From NCBI GenBank assembly GCA_038245785.1, contig JBBRSB010000005.1, forward strand, positions 64,001 to 128,000: 64,000 bases of DNA, read 5' to 3'. Source of the DNA: Gloeobacterales cyanobacterium (GTDB lineage Bacteria; Cyanobacteriota; Cyanobacteriia; Gloeobacterales; PMM-0068). The notes under the pieces are model-generated. The model did no database searches. It had not been told where the DNA came from and saw only the letters and a list, made by a program, of their open reading frames with translations. Shown here one piece after another: positions 20,087 to 29,909 of this stretch. Position 1 is the first letter of the stretch; each line of letters starts with the position of its first letter. The translations under genes and the position numbers were made by a program.

Positions 20087-21448
20087 TTATTCTCTAGGTT
20101 GCTTCGGCTTCCAATTTTCTTTAACGACTTGCTTGGCACGAGCTACGACCAATGCCCCATCGGGGACATCTTTTGTGACGACAGAACCCGCTCCTACATT
20201 CACATCTTCTCCCAAAGTAATTGGGGCAATTAGTACTGTATTAGAGCCTGTTTTGCTGCCTTTACCAATAACAGTAGGATGCTTACGGAAGCCATCATAG
20301 TTAGCCGTAATCGTCCCGGCGCCAATATTGACCCGCTCACCGACGGTGGCATCACCCAAATAGCTTAAATGAGCACTGTTGGTATGGTTGCCGAGGGTGG
20401 ATTTTTTGATTTCTACAAAGTTTCCAATCCGGCACTGATCACCAATTACAGCCCCATCCCGGATATGACTAAAAGGACCGATGGCGCACTTTGAACCTGT
20501 CCGGCTCCGTTCAATCACAGAATAGCGAACCACACTCTCTGGGCCAATCTCACTATCGACGATCAAGGTTCCTGGACCGAGCAAAGCTCCAGACCGAATC
20601 ACGGTATTCCCCCGCAAATGTGTTTGCGGTTCAATCACGACATCCGGTTCTAGCTGAACCCCATCTTCAATCGTGGTAGAACGAGGGTCTAGAATAGTCA
20701 CCCCTTCTAGCATCCAGTGTTGCAAAATCCGCTGATGATAAATTTCAGCCACTTCTGCCAGCTGTAGCCGATTATTCACACCCAGAATTTCTCTATAGTC
20801 ACTAATTTCGAGAGCAAAGGCTGGTGTTAGTTGCGCAATCACATCGGTGAGATAATATTCGCCTTGGTCGTTGTAGTTGCTCAGATCCTTTAGAATCGGC
20901 CATAGGGTCTGCCAATCAAAGCAATAGACTCCCGCATTGACCAAGGGATGGAGCCTCTCTTCTGGCGTGCAGTCCCGATGTTCAACAATGCGCTCTATCG
21001 ATAAGTCAGACTTCAAAAATACGCGACCATAGCCTGTAGGGTCCGCTAGGCGAGACGTTAATAAGCTCGCCCTAGCTCCTGAACTATGATGGCGATCTAA
21101 AAGCTGTTGGATCGTTTGGGGGGTGATCAAGGGCATGTCACCGTTGACGACGAGAAGCGTTCCCTTGAAATCTTTCAGAGCTGGAGCTATTTGCTGAACG
21201 GCATGGCCTGTTCCTTTCTGTTCATGCTGATAAATAATGCCCACGTCTTGGTTGGACAAGCTGGCTTCAACCGCTTCTGCTCCGTGGCCGATGATAACCT
21301 GGGTCTGCTCAACTTCTGTTTGCTGTATGGCATAGAGCACATGATCGACCAGCGTCCTTCCGCCAAATCTATGCAGGACTTTAGGCATATGGGACTTCAT
21401 CCGGGTTCCTTTCCCTGCAGCAAGAATACAAGCAACCGTATTAGGCAT
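20087..21448 (-). CDS. glmU: bifunctional UDP-GlcNAc pyrophosphorylase / glucosamine-1-P acetyltransferase
   Basis: LAAGKGTRMKS, GYGRV, GNFVEIKK, HLSYLGDA, NYDG. Confidence 0.98.
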   Translation of the reverse strand: MPNTVACILAAGKGTRMKSHMPKVLHRFGGRTLVDHVLYAIQQTEVEQTQVIIGHGAEAVEASLSNQDVGIIYQHEQKGTGHAVQQIAPALKDFKGTLLVVNGDMPLITPQTIQQLLDRHHSSGARASLLTSRLADPTGYGRVFLKSDLSIERIVEHRDCTPEERLHPLVNAGVYCFDWQTLWPILKDLSNYNDQGEYYLTDVIAQLTPAFALEISDYREILGVNNRLQLAEVAEIYHQRILQHWMLEGVTILDPRSTTIEDGVQLEPDVVIEPQTHLRGNTVIRSGALLGPGTLIVDSEIGPESVVRYSVIERSRTGSKCAIGPFSHIRDGAVIGDQCRIGNFVEIKKSTLGNHTNSAHLSYLGDATVGERVNIGAGTITANYDGFRKHPTVIGKGSKTGSNTVLIAPITLGEDVNVGAGSVVTKDVPDGALVVARAKQVVKENWKPKQPRE

Positions 21449-21743
21449 CTGAATCTACCAGCTAATCGCCACCAGACTACTACAGACCTGAGGTCCAAAA
21501 CAGCCAAGACTTTCCAAACTACTAATCTGCGCCTATGAGAACCTGTATCTAATTCTTTGCTCTATCCCGACGAAAAGCCAGGATTAAGACTATAGGCAGA
21601 TAACAAAAGAGTCTGAAGCCTTTAGCCTGAAATTAATCCCAATGCTTGAGCTGTCTTTTTCAAGCGATAAAACCCGACTTTTTAGAAGAGCCGGGTCTCA
21701 ATCTGAATTGGAGCGTTGCAATCAAAGTCTTGGAGCCTTAAAG

Positions 21744-23438
21744 ATGGAATCGTATGACGTCATTATTATTGGGGCAGGGCACAACGGATTGGTTTGTGCC
21801 TCCTATCTACTTAAATCGAGATATAGCGTTTTGCTCCTAGAAAAACGTTCCATCCCAGGCGGAGCCGCCACAACAGAGGAAATTTTACCTCAAGAAGCTC
21901 CTGAATTTAGGTTTAATCGTTGTGCGATCGACCATGAGTTTATCCACTTGGGACCCGTGGTTGAAGAGTTGGAACTTCACAAACATGGTCTGGAATATCT
22001 TTTCTGTGATCCAGTCGTATTTTGTCCTCACCCTGATGGGAAATACTTTTTGGCCCACAAATCTGTAGAAAAAACCTGTGCCGAGATTGCTCGCTTTAGT
22101 AAACGGGATGCACGAAAGTATCAAGAATTTATAGAGGGATGGCAGCGCATTCTAAGAAGTATCATCCCTATGTTCAATGCACCACCTAAGTCGGTGATGG
22201 ATATTGCAACAAACTACGATATTAGTAAAATCAAAGATCTATTTTCAATTTTGGGTCCACCCAATCAAACACTGGATTTAGTGCGAACTTTTCTGAACAG
22301 CGCCGAAGACAATTTAAATGAATGGTTTGATTCAGAATTTTTGAAAGCGCCTCTAGCGCGATTGGCCTCTGAGTTGGGCGCGCCTCCTAGCCAAAAGACT
22401 TTGGCGATTGGGGCGATTATGATGGCAATGCGTCATAGTCCTGGCATGGCTCGACCAAAGGGTGGCACAGGAGCTTTAGTCGCAGCTCTACTTAGCTTAG
22501 TGAGAAGCTTGGGGGGCAAGGTTTTAACTGATCAAGATGTAGATAAAGTTTTAGTAGATGATGGGAAAGCAGTGGGTGTTCGCATAGGTAGTGGAACAGA
22601 ATATCGGGCAAATAAAGGGGTAATTTCTAATATTGATGCTAAGCGACTATTCTTACAGATGATAGATAAAAAAGATGTCGATGATGCCGATCCCGAGCTA
22701 AGAGAACGACTAGCACGACGGATTGTTAATAATAACGAGACGATTCTTAAAATTGATTGTGCCTTATCAGAACTCCCCCGTTTTGAGCATCACAACCATC
22801 AGGATGAATACTTGACAGGTTCTATCCTCATTGCAGACTCAATGAAGCATGTTGAAATAGCCCATAGTGAGCCAAGTATCGGCAAAATTCCAGATGCCGA
22901 TCCTTCTATCTATGCAGTCGTTCCAACCTTTCTAGACCCATCCATGGCCCCGCCTGGCAAACATACTCTTTGGATTGAGTTTTTTGCGCCTTACCAGATT
23001 GAGCATGCAGAAGGTAGTGGTCTCAAGGGTACGGGGTGGACAGATGAGTTGAAGAATAAGGTTGCAGATCGGGTGATTGATAAACTGGCTGAATATGCTC
23101 CTAATTTGAAAAACTCGATCATTGCTCGTCACGTAGAAAGCCCTGCAGAACTTGGAGAACGTCTAGGTGCGTTGAAAGGAAATTACTATCATATTGATAT
23201 GAGCTTGGATCAGATGATATTTTTCCGTCCACTTCCTGAGCTAGCTAACTACAAAACTCCTATAGAAGGGCTTTTCTTAACAGGAGCAGGTACTCATCCA
23301 GGAGGGTCTATTTCTGGAATGCCCGGTCGAAATTGCGCTCATGTATTTCTTCAAAGCCAGCGATCATTTACGAAGGTGCTTAAAGATGCTAGAGACTCTT
23401 TCGGGGAAAGAATTCATAACGTGAGTAAACTCTTTTAA
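21744..23438 (+). CDS. crtO: beta-carotene ketolase CrtO
   Basis: ATG 21744 after GGAG; YDVIIIGAGHNGLVCA, CAIDHEFIHLGPV, GNYYHIDM, GAGTHPGGSISGMPGRNCA. Confidence 0.9.
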   Translation: MESYDVIIIGAGHNGLVCASYLLKSRYSVLLLEKRSIPGGAATTEEILPQEAPEFRFNRCAIDHEFIHLGPVVEELELHKHGLEYLFCDPVVFCPHPDGKYFLAHKSVEKTCAEIARFSKRDARKYQEFIEGWQRILRSIIPMFNAPPKSVMDIATNYDISKIKDLFSILGPPNQTLDLVRTFLNSAEDNLNEWFDSEFLKAPLARLASELGAPPSQKTLAIGAIMMAMRHSPGMARPKGGTGALVAALLSLVRSLGGKVLTDQDVDKVLVDDGKAVGVRIGSGTEYRANKGVISNIDAKRLFLQMIDKKDVDDADPELRERLARRIVNNNETILKIDCALSELPRFEHHNHQDEYLTGSILIADSMKHVEIAHSEPSIGKIPDADPSIYAVVPTFLDPSMAPPGKHTLWIEFFAPYQIEHAEGSGLKGTGWTDELKNKVADRVIDKLAEYAPNLKNSIIARHVESPAELGERLGALKGNYYHIDMSLDQMIFFRPLPELANYKTPIEGLFLTGAGTHPGGSISGMPGRNCAHVFLQSQRSFTKVLKDARDSFGERIHNVSKLF

Positions 23439-23468
23439 GGTTAGATAGCGCTCATAGAAAAGCAAGTC

Positions 23469-24557
23469 TTGATTATTGGTGGAAGAGGGCGGATCGGCCG
23501 TTGTGTGGCAGCTGATTTAATCGACAACATATCAGCAGACATTATAATTACCGGCCGCAATCCCACCCCCTTTCTTTATTCGCCCGATCAAACTCAAGCT
23601 CGGGTACGTTACCTTGAATTGGATTTGCTTGATCATGAGAAGCTAGGAAAAACGGTTGCTACCAGCGATTTAGTTGTTCATTGTGCGGGTCCTTTCCATA
23701 AACGAGATACCTGGGTCTTGCAGACTTGCATTGAAAAGGGCGTTCCTTATATTGATGTCAGCGATGATCGGGGCTTTACTCAGAGAGCTTTATCTCTTCG
23801 TGACGCTGCTATCGCCAGTGGCGTTACAGCTATTATCAACTCTGGCGTTTTCCCAGGCATCTCCAATAGCATGGTACTACAAGGGGTAGAGCATTTAGAG
23901 ACTACCCATAAGATTCATCTCAGCTATGTTGTAGCGGGGTCAGGCGGAGCAGGAGTAACAGTTATGCGTACGACATTTTCAAATCTGCAACGGCCCTTTG
24001 AAGCATGGATTGAGGGTCGATGGCAAACAGTTACTCCCTATACAGATCGTGAAAGCATTGAGTTTCCGGCTCCTTTTGGTCGGGCCGGTGTCTATTGGTT
24101 TGATATGCCTGAAGCCTTGACTTTAGTTTATAGTTTCCCTGTAGACACTGTGATTACCAAGTTTGGTTCCGTTCCAGATTTTTATAATCACCTAACTTGG
24201 ATGACGGCTCATTGGTTTCCCCCTAAACTAATGCAGAACCCCAACGTCATTGAGTTTTTGGCCCACGTTAGCCATAGGATGACGGGTGTTAGCGATCGAT
24301 TTAGCGGTATAGGGGTGGCAATCCGGTTGGAAATAACAGGAAAAAAAGAGGGGCGGTTAGTTCGATATCGTTCTGATTTTGTTTATGACAGTGCAGCCGT
24401 TGCTGCAGGGCATGGCACAGGGAGTATTGCCCAATGTATTTTGTCTGGTCAACTTACTAAACCAGGCGTTTGGGCAGTTGAGCAAGCTTTAAGCACAGAA
24501 TTATTTGAGAAAGTGATGCAAAGTCGTAACCTAGTAATTCACCAAACCTGGCTTTAG
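23469..24557 (+). CDS. saccharopine dehydrogenase-like NAD(P)-binding oxidoreductase
   Basis: GGRGRIG, HCAGPF, YIDVSD, GVFPGISNSMV; start uncertain. Confidence 0.85.
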   Translation: MIIGGRGRIGRCVAADLIDNISADIIITGRNPTPFLYSPDQTQARVRYLELDLLDHEKLGKTVATSDLVVHCAGPFHKRDTWVLQTCIEKGVPYIDVSDDRGFTQRALSLRDAAIASGVTAIINSGVFPGISNSMVLQGVEHLETTHKIHLSYVVAGSGGAGVTVMRTTFSNLQRPFEAWIEGRWQTVTPYTDRESIEFPAPFGRAGVYWFDMPEALTLVYSFPVDTVITKFGSVPDFYNHLTWMTAHWFPPKLMQNPNVIEFLAHVSHRMTGVSDRFSGIGVAIRLEITGKKEGRLVRYRSDFVYDSAAVAAGHGTGSIAQCILSGQLTKPGVWAVEQALSTELFEKVMQSRNLVIHQTWL

Positions 24558-24587
24558 GAAGCCTAGCTCCTCTAGGCAAGGAAAGTA

Positions 24588-24732
24588 TTATAAGGGCGGA
24601 TGACAAAACATTTCTTTGCCATAGCCATCCCAGATTTTCCGATTACAGGATTGACTTCAAGCATATGCACACGACTAAGAAATTAATCTGCAGCTGGTTC
24701 TGGCTTGGGTATTTCTTCATAGACCAATAAAA
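24588..24732 (-). pseudogene. degraded N-terminal fragment of an NADP-dependent (MDR/quinone) oxidoreductase
   Basis: Manual translation LLVYEEIPKPEPAAD*FLSRVHMLEVNPV, then frameshift, then RKIWDGYGKEMFCHP. Confidence 0.6.
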
Positions 24733-24768
24733 GCGTGAAAAAACATAACTCTTATAGATTGTCAAACG

Positions 24769-25689
24769 CTATTTTTGGCAGTAACAAATGTATCGATTAA
24801 TCGAATAAAAGAATTCACTGCTCAAGGCTTGAGCTTCTAGGTCTAATAACCATTGTTCTACTTCCCCTTGAGCAACTAAAGATTTTTTAGTCAGCTCCTC
24901 TACCATTATTCGAGCCATATTGTAGGCATATAAATTTGGATGCCATTGAGTATTGGTAAGACTATAGACACCTGTTTGTACACTGCTAAATCCGGCTTGT
25001 TGGCAAAGACTATGAAGCTCTCTTCCTAGCTGACCCTTAGTACTAGAATCGGAGAACAACTGCACAATTTTGCGGCAGAGCCGTTTGTCCTTAGCATTAA
25101 AGACTTGGGTATCAAAATCTGAATGAATAATAACAGCGGAACCATCTACTTTCAGGACTCTATGAAGTTCCTTAAGAGTGATCAGCGGTGAAGTCGTACA
25201 TTCAAGCATTTCCACACAAAGAGCCCGGTCAAATTCCTCTTCAGAGAAAGGTAAGTTATGAGCATCCGCCAGTTGGAATTCAATCTTCTCAGGACTTCCA
25301 TCTTTTTGCCATTGGTTGATGGCCTGGTTATATCGGTTGGGATTATTTTCAATACCGATGATCTTATCGATCTCAGGATAGTTTTGTAGGAGTAATCGCT
25401 CTGCATCTCCGCTACTGCATCCTACATCAATGATTTTGTGCCCAAAGGATGGTTGTAGGGCAGCGAGATAGAATAGCCACTGCGCAATGACATCGGGCAT
25501 CGGATCATCCAAGAATTGCTCCTGACCTGTATCACTGGGTGCCGTGTACTTTTTAAGAAGATTGCGGGAATACATGAAGGATGCAGCTCTATTAACTAGC
25601 TTATCGGTCCAACCTAGGCATACGGCTAGAATTCCACAAAGAGGAAGGAATAACGACAAAGGAAGGTATGTACTTCCGGGCCAGATCAA
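24769..25689 (-). CDS. class I SAM-dependent methyltransferase
   Basis: IIDVGCSSG, ADAHNLPFSEEEFD, ELHRVLKVDG; the true start may be ATG 25575 or 25500. Confidence 0.85.
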   Translation of the reverse strand: MIWPGSTYLPLSLFLPLCGILAVCLGWTDKLVNRAASFMYSRNLLKKYTAPSDTGQEQFLDDPMPDVIAQWLFYLAALQPSFGHKIIDVGCSSGDAERLLLQNYPEIDKIIGIENNPNRYNQAINQWQKDGSPEKIEFQLADAHNLPFSEEEFDRALCVEMLECTTSPLITLKELHRVLKVDGSAVIIHSDFDTQVFNAKDKRLCRKIVQLFSDSSTKGQLGRELHSLCQQAGFSSVQTGVYSLTNTQWHPNLYAYNMARIMVEELTKKSLVAQGEVEQWLLDLEAQALSSEFFYSINRYICYCQK

Positions 25690-25855
25690 TGAAGCTTTTT
25701 CTTTATCCCTTATCCTCCCACAGGAGCGTAGGCTTACCGTTCGTATTCTTGCCCATAATGTTTTGCCGCTTAGGTACAGTAGGGCAAACCATAACCTTTA
25801 GTAAATCGGCGATCGGAAGCCTGTAGGCCTTGTCGTTGATTATGATCAGCAGGCT

Positions 25856-27109
25856 GTGTGTTTAAGAAATCTCTTGCCTAACGCTCCATCCCGCGCTGAC
25901 CCCTATGCGGCCCTTCGATTTCGAGACTATCGCTTATTTGCGCTCGGCAACTGGGCGTCGAATATGGGCCAACAGATGCTGAGTGTCGCGATTGGTTGGG
26001 AACTTTATGAACGCACGCATTCGGCGCTGGCCTTAGGCCTTGTTGGTCTTGTCCAGGTATTGCCCGTGATTTTTTTAGCTCTACTGGCGGGGCAGGTCGC
26101 AGACCAGCTTGACCGGCGAGGAATTGTACTGATTACGCAAGGAGTCTTGGCGCTTTGTTCCATTGGATTAGCAATGATTTCCTTTGGGCAAGGGCCTGTG
26201 TTTTTGATCTATCTTTGCCTATTTGTAATTGGGACAGCCCGCGCTTTTAATAACCCAGCCCGTGCAGCATTACTCCCGCAGCTCGTACCCAAGGAAATTT
26301 TTAGTAATGCCGTGACCTGGAATAGCAGCGGATTTCAGTTAGCTGCTATGCTCGGACCTGCTTTGGCGGGATTGCTGATTGCGGTGCAAAAGAGTTCCAC
26401 TTGGGTCTATATATTTTGCGCGCTCTCTGCCCTGATCTTTTTTGGATCTCTATTCCTGATTAAAGGTCGTCAAGCAGGACGTTCAACAGAACCAGTTACC
26501 TTCAAATCCCTAGCTGCAGGTTTCAGTTTTGTCTGGCAAACCAAAATAATCCTGGCCGCCCTCACTTTAGATTTGTTTGCGGTATTGCTAGGCGGCGCCA
26601 CCACGTTACTTCCAATTTTTGCTAAGGATATTCTCCATGTCGGGCCCGATGGTTTAGGTTGGCTCCGCGCTGCACCTGCTATCGGCGCTTTCATTATGGC
26701 TTTGACGATTACCTATCTACCGACCATGAGTCAGGCTGGTAAAACCTTGCTGTGGGCCGTAGGAGGATTTGGAGCAGCGACGATTGGCTTTGGTCTTTCT
26801 CAGTCTTTTTGGTTTTCACTTTTCATGCTCGTGCTGATTGGCGCTTTGGATAGCATTAGTGTTGTGGTTCGCCAAACCTTAGTCCAGTTGCGTACGCCCG
26901 ATGAAATGCGCGGTCGCGTATCTGCGGTCAATGGAATGTTCATCAGCACCTCCAATGAATTGGGAGGTTTTGAATCAGGCATTGCTGCCAGCCTATTCGG
27001 TCCGGTGCTTGCTGTTGTCGGTGGCGGAATTGGGACTATTGCTGTAGTCCTTGCCGTAGCGATTGTTTGGCCTGAGATCCGAAAATTAAAATCTTTAATC
27101 CCAGATTAA
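25856..27109 (+). CDS. MFS transporter (MFS_3/H+ antiporter-like)
   Basis: About 12 TM segments; GQVADQLDRR, TPDEMRGRVSAVN. Confidence 0.92.
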   Translation: MCLRNLLPNAPSRADPYAALRFRDYRLFALGNWASNMGQQMLSVAIGWELYERTHSALALGLVGLVQVLPVIFLALLAGQVADQLDRRGIVLITQGVLALCSIGLAMISFGQGPVFLIYLCLFVIGTARAFNNPARAALLPQLVPKEIFSNAVTWNSSGFQLAAMLGPALAGLLIAVQKSSTWVYIFCALSALIFFGSLFLIKGRQAGRSTEPVTFKSLAAGFSFVWQTKIILAALTLDLFAVLLGGATTLLPIFAKDILHVGPDGLGWLRAAPAIGAFIMALTITYLPTMSQAGKTLLWAVGGFGAATIGFGLSQSFWFSLFMLVLIGALDSISVVVRQTLVQLRTPDEMRGRVSAVNGMFISTSNELGGFESGIAASLFGPVLAVVGGGIGTIAVVLAVAIVWPEIRKLKSLIPD

Positions 27110-27115
27110 ATGGAA

Positions 27116-27208
27116 ACCCCCAGCTATCGCCGTCCCCCTTTTAGGCAAAGCCTTCCCAAAGGGTAGGGGGACGGCGATAGAGTCTTCTTAATTCCACCTA
27201 GCTACTTA
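27116..27208. repeat. MITE-like/short dispersed repeat, copy A, with a 16-bp perfect hairpin
   Basis: CTATCGCCGTCCCCCT (27124-27139) pairs with AGGGGGACGGCGATAG (27165-27180); shares GCTATCGCCGTCCCCCTT and TTCCACCTAGnTACTTA with 43083-43196. Confidence 0.8.
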
Positions 27209-27218
27209 TGGTGGTTGC

Positions 27219-27524
27219 TTAAAGCTTTTCTAGTTTTGATTGAACACTGATCACTTTATCTTCCATCGTCTGTTCTCGGTCCGTTCGCGTTCCTGCATTT
27301 ATTGTCGTGAAAATTCTGGGAGCACCCATTGTATGAATCACTTCATGGCATCTTTTAATCGCATCAAAAACAGTATCCCATTCTCCTTCAACATTGGTGC
27401 CATTAGCATGGAGCTGATAGGTAAGCCCACATTCTTCTAAGACTTTCTCACAGGCGGCTACATACTCAGAGAGAGATAGGCCAACACCAATCGGGACAAC
27501 TGTGAAATCAATAATTACTTTCAT
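27219..27524 (-). CDS. MTH1187 / thiamine-binding family protein
   Basis: MKVIIDFTVVPIGVG.SLSEYVA...LHANGTNVEGEW...GAPRI...GTRTDR. Confidence 0.9.
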   Translation of the reverse strand: MKVIIDFTVVPIGVGLSLSEYVAACEKVLEECGLTYQLHANGTNVEGEWDTVFDAIKRCHEVIHTMGAPRIFTTINAGTRTDREQTMEDKVISVQSKLEKL

Positions 27525-27536
27525 CTTAGTTACCAA

Positions 27537-28817
27537 TTAAAACCAATGCTTACGGCTACCCTGAGCCACTGCTTGAACTATCCCTAAAGCAACAAAGTTA
27601 GTAAGCAAAGCGGAACGTCCGAAACTTACAAAAGGAAGAGGGATTCCAGTTACAGGAGCCATGCCAATATTCATACCAATATTGATAATGGTTTGGAACA
27701 AGAGCATGGCAAAAACGCCAACGACGAGGAGAGAACCAAAATCATCACGGGCATCATTAGCAATCAGAATCAGACGCCAGAAGAGCGTAAAGAAACAGCC
27801 CAACAGGACTAGACAGCCCAGAAATCCTGTTTCTTCGCCAAGGGCCGAGAAGATAAAGTCTGTATGCTGTTCAGGAATAAAGTTAAGTTGCGTTTGCGTC
27901 CCGGCAAATAAACCACGGCCCCAGAATTGACCGGAACCGACAGCAATTTGAGATTGAAGAATATGATAGCCGGAGCCTAAGGGGTCTTGATTCGGGTCTA
28001 AAAAGATAGTTAAACGCTTCTGCTGGTAGGGTTTGAGCACATTCCAAAACTTTTGCCCCAGACCGCCAGAAATTAAATTGACCACTACCGTAGTGAGCAT
28101 CCCAATCGGTTGCCACATCGAGGATTTGGACAGCGTCCACCAAGCGAGGACCCCTATCCCCGCACACCAGATCATCCAGGCAGGGACCCACAGAGCAAAC
28201 AAAATGGCTGCCACGAGCGGGGAAGTTAGCATAATCAGCCAGGGGAGGCGAGCGCCGCCCCAATAAAGCATGGCTAAAGAGACCGCACCAAAGACGAGAG
28301 AACTTCCCAAATCTGGTTGTTTGAAGATCAGAAGGGCAGGAACAGCTACCACCGCCAGGGCCATCCAAACGCGAACAAAACTAGTAATCGGAAAACGACG
28401 AATAAAGGCAGCTAAGACAATGATGATCCCCAGCTTGGCAAACTCAGAAGGCTGAATACTCACTCCGCCAATTTCTATCCATCGTTGGGCTCCAAGAGCC
28501 TCACGGCCCAAGAACATGACAGCGAGCAGACTGGCATTCACCAAAGCGTAGATCAGCCAACTCCCGCTCTGGAGCCATTGATAAGGGAAACGCGATAGGC
28601 CCAACATAATGCCTATACCGATGATCCCCATGCTCAGTTGACCACGAAAGTCCCCTTGGCTAGGGTCTGTACTGTAGATAGCAATACAGCCGAACCCCAG
28701 CAAAACTAAAGGCATTAAAAGAACGAGGAAATCGAATTCACGCCAGTTCCTGAGCCAGCTTTGTTCAAATCCCAAAGGACGTAGGATATCCACCACAGGT
28801 TTTCCAGTCCTCTCCAT
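27537..28817 (-). CDS. rodA: rod shape-determining SEDS protein RodA
   Basis: GAQRWI, QPSEFAK, QPDLG, PEQHTDFIF, GIPLPFVSFG. Confidence 0.95.
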   Translation of the reverse strand: MERTGKPVVDILRPLGFEQSWLRNWREFDFLVLLMPLVLLGFGCIAIYSTDPSQGDFRGQLSMGIIGIGIMLGLSRFPYQWLQSGSWLIYALVNASLLAVMFLGREALGAQRWIEIGGVSIQPSEFAKLGIIIVLAAFIRRFPITSFVRVWMALAVVAVPALLIFKQPDLGSSLVFGAVSLAMLYWGGARLPWLIMLTSPLVAAILFALWVPAWMIWCAGIGVLAWWTLSKSSMWQPIGMLTTVVVNLISGGLGQKFWNVLKPYQQKRLTIFLDPNQDPLGSGYHILQSQIAVGSGQFWGRGLFAGTQTQLNFIPEQHTDFIFSALGEETGFLGCLVLLGCFFTLFWRLILIANDARDDFGSLLVVGVFAMLLFQTIINIGMNIGMAPVTGIPLPFVSFGRSALLTNFVALGIVQAVAQGSRKHWF

Positions 28818-28870
28818 TCAGTTTCCGGCGACCTTAATGTACCCAATGTAGCAGTCTATTCCCACAAATA

Positions 28871-28902
28871 TAGGGGGGCTTAATTATGACCAAAGGACCC
28901 CC
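28871..28902. repeat. left-end fragment of the MITE-like repeat
   Basis: TAGGGGGGCTTAATTA matches TAGGTGGGCTTAATTA (43089-43104) at 15/16 positions, followed by GACCCCC as in that copy. Confidence 0.5.
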
Positions 28903-28929
28903 TGATCATGTATACGTGGTGATAGGAAA

Positions 28930-29868
28930 CTAAGGCTGTTGGGCCGCTGCTTTCACCTTTTGGGATTCCACATTTAAGAAGATTGTAGATTTATCTCCTT
29001 CTACACGGATAACGTTCAGAGGGCTCTCTTTTCCAGCTTCTTTGGCCTCAGTGATCCGGTCCTGTAATCGCTCATAAAAAAGCAGATCGGCCAACTGGGC
29101 GTTTTTGGCTGCAGCCTGTCCCTGCAATTCAATTGCTTTTTGGTTAGCCTGTGACAGGATCAGTCGGCGGGTGGTCTCCTTCTCTTGAATTTGAGCTTTT
29201 ACTCCAGCCGTTTGAGCGGTAATTGAAGCCACTTGTTTCTGCTCCAGAGAATCCTTCAGACCTTCAGGAAATTGTGGCGTTCCTAGAAATATCCCTTCAA
29301 TCAATACAAGGGGAACCGCCTGCCCGTTCAGATTGGTTTTAGCCATATCCTGGTTCATCACGTTTTTCATTTGTCCTTCCATCAGGCCCCTTTTGGCTTT
29401 GATATAGTACGCTTCTGAACCAAAGCCAGCGGAAACATCCCGCACTTTCGAGCGGACCAAAGGCACCACCACTGTTTCCATATAGCGGATACCTACTTTG
29501 CTGTGCAGAACATCCAAAACCGCTGGGTTTGGCTTGAGCGCTACAAACACATCCACCTTGAAAGCCTGCCCATCGGCTGTATTTACTCCAATCGCACCCC
29601 CACCTCTGTTTGGAGCATCTTCAACATCGGTGAACTGCCATACCCTGGTCCGAATATTGTAGGTAATCGGGTTTTCTACGCCGGGTGTGATCCAGGTAAC
29701 TCCTGGCTTTTCAACGCGTCCTGCCTGAATGCCTGTGAAGTTATTGAATATGACCGTGGCATTGCCAGGTTCTGTGACATAGGTAAAGGGCCTCCACAAA
29801 AGGAGCAAAACAGCGGCGACCAGTATTCCTACAGGGAGCCACGCTTGTGTTTCTTGATTCAGCTTCAT
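28930..29868 (-). CDS. SPFH/prohibitin-family membrane protein
   Basis: N-terminal TM, V.EPG.A.VIFN, TADGQ, VVPLVRS.VRD, SLEQKQVA coiled coil. Confidence 0.8.
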   Translation of the reverse strand: MKLNQETQAWLPVGILVAAVLLLLWRPFTYVTEPGNATVIFNNFTGIQAGRVEKPGVTWITPGVENPITYNIRTRVWQFTDVEDAPNRGGGAIGVNTADGQAFKVDVFVALKPNPAVLDVLHSKVGIRYMETVVVPLVRSKVRDVSAGFGSEAYYIKAKRGLMEGQMKNVMNQDMAKTNLNGQAVPLVLIEGIFLGTPQFPEGLKDSLEQKQVASITAQTAGVKAQIQEKETTRRLILSQANQKAIELQGQAAAKNAQLADLLFYERLQDRITEAKEAGKESPLNVIRVEGDKSTIFLNVESQKVKAAAQQP

Positions 29869-29909
29869 GAGTCGGTCCTCAAGGTTCGCAAACCTGATGT
29901 GAATAATGA

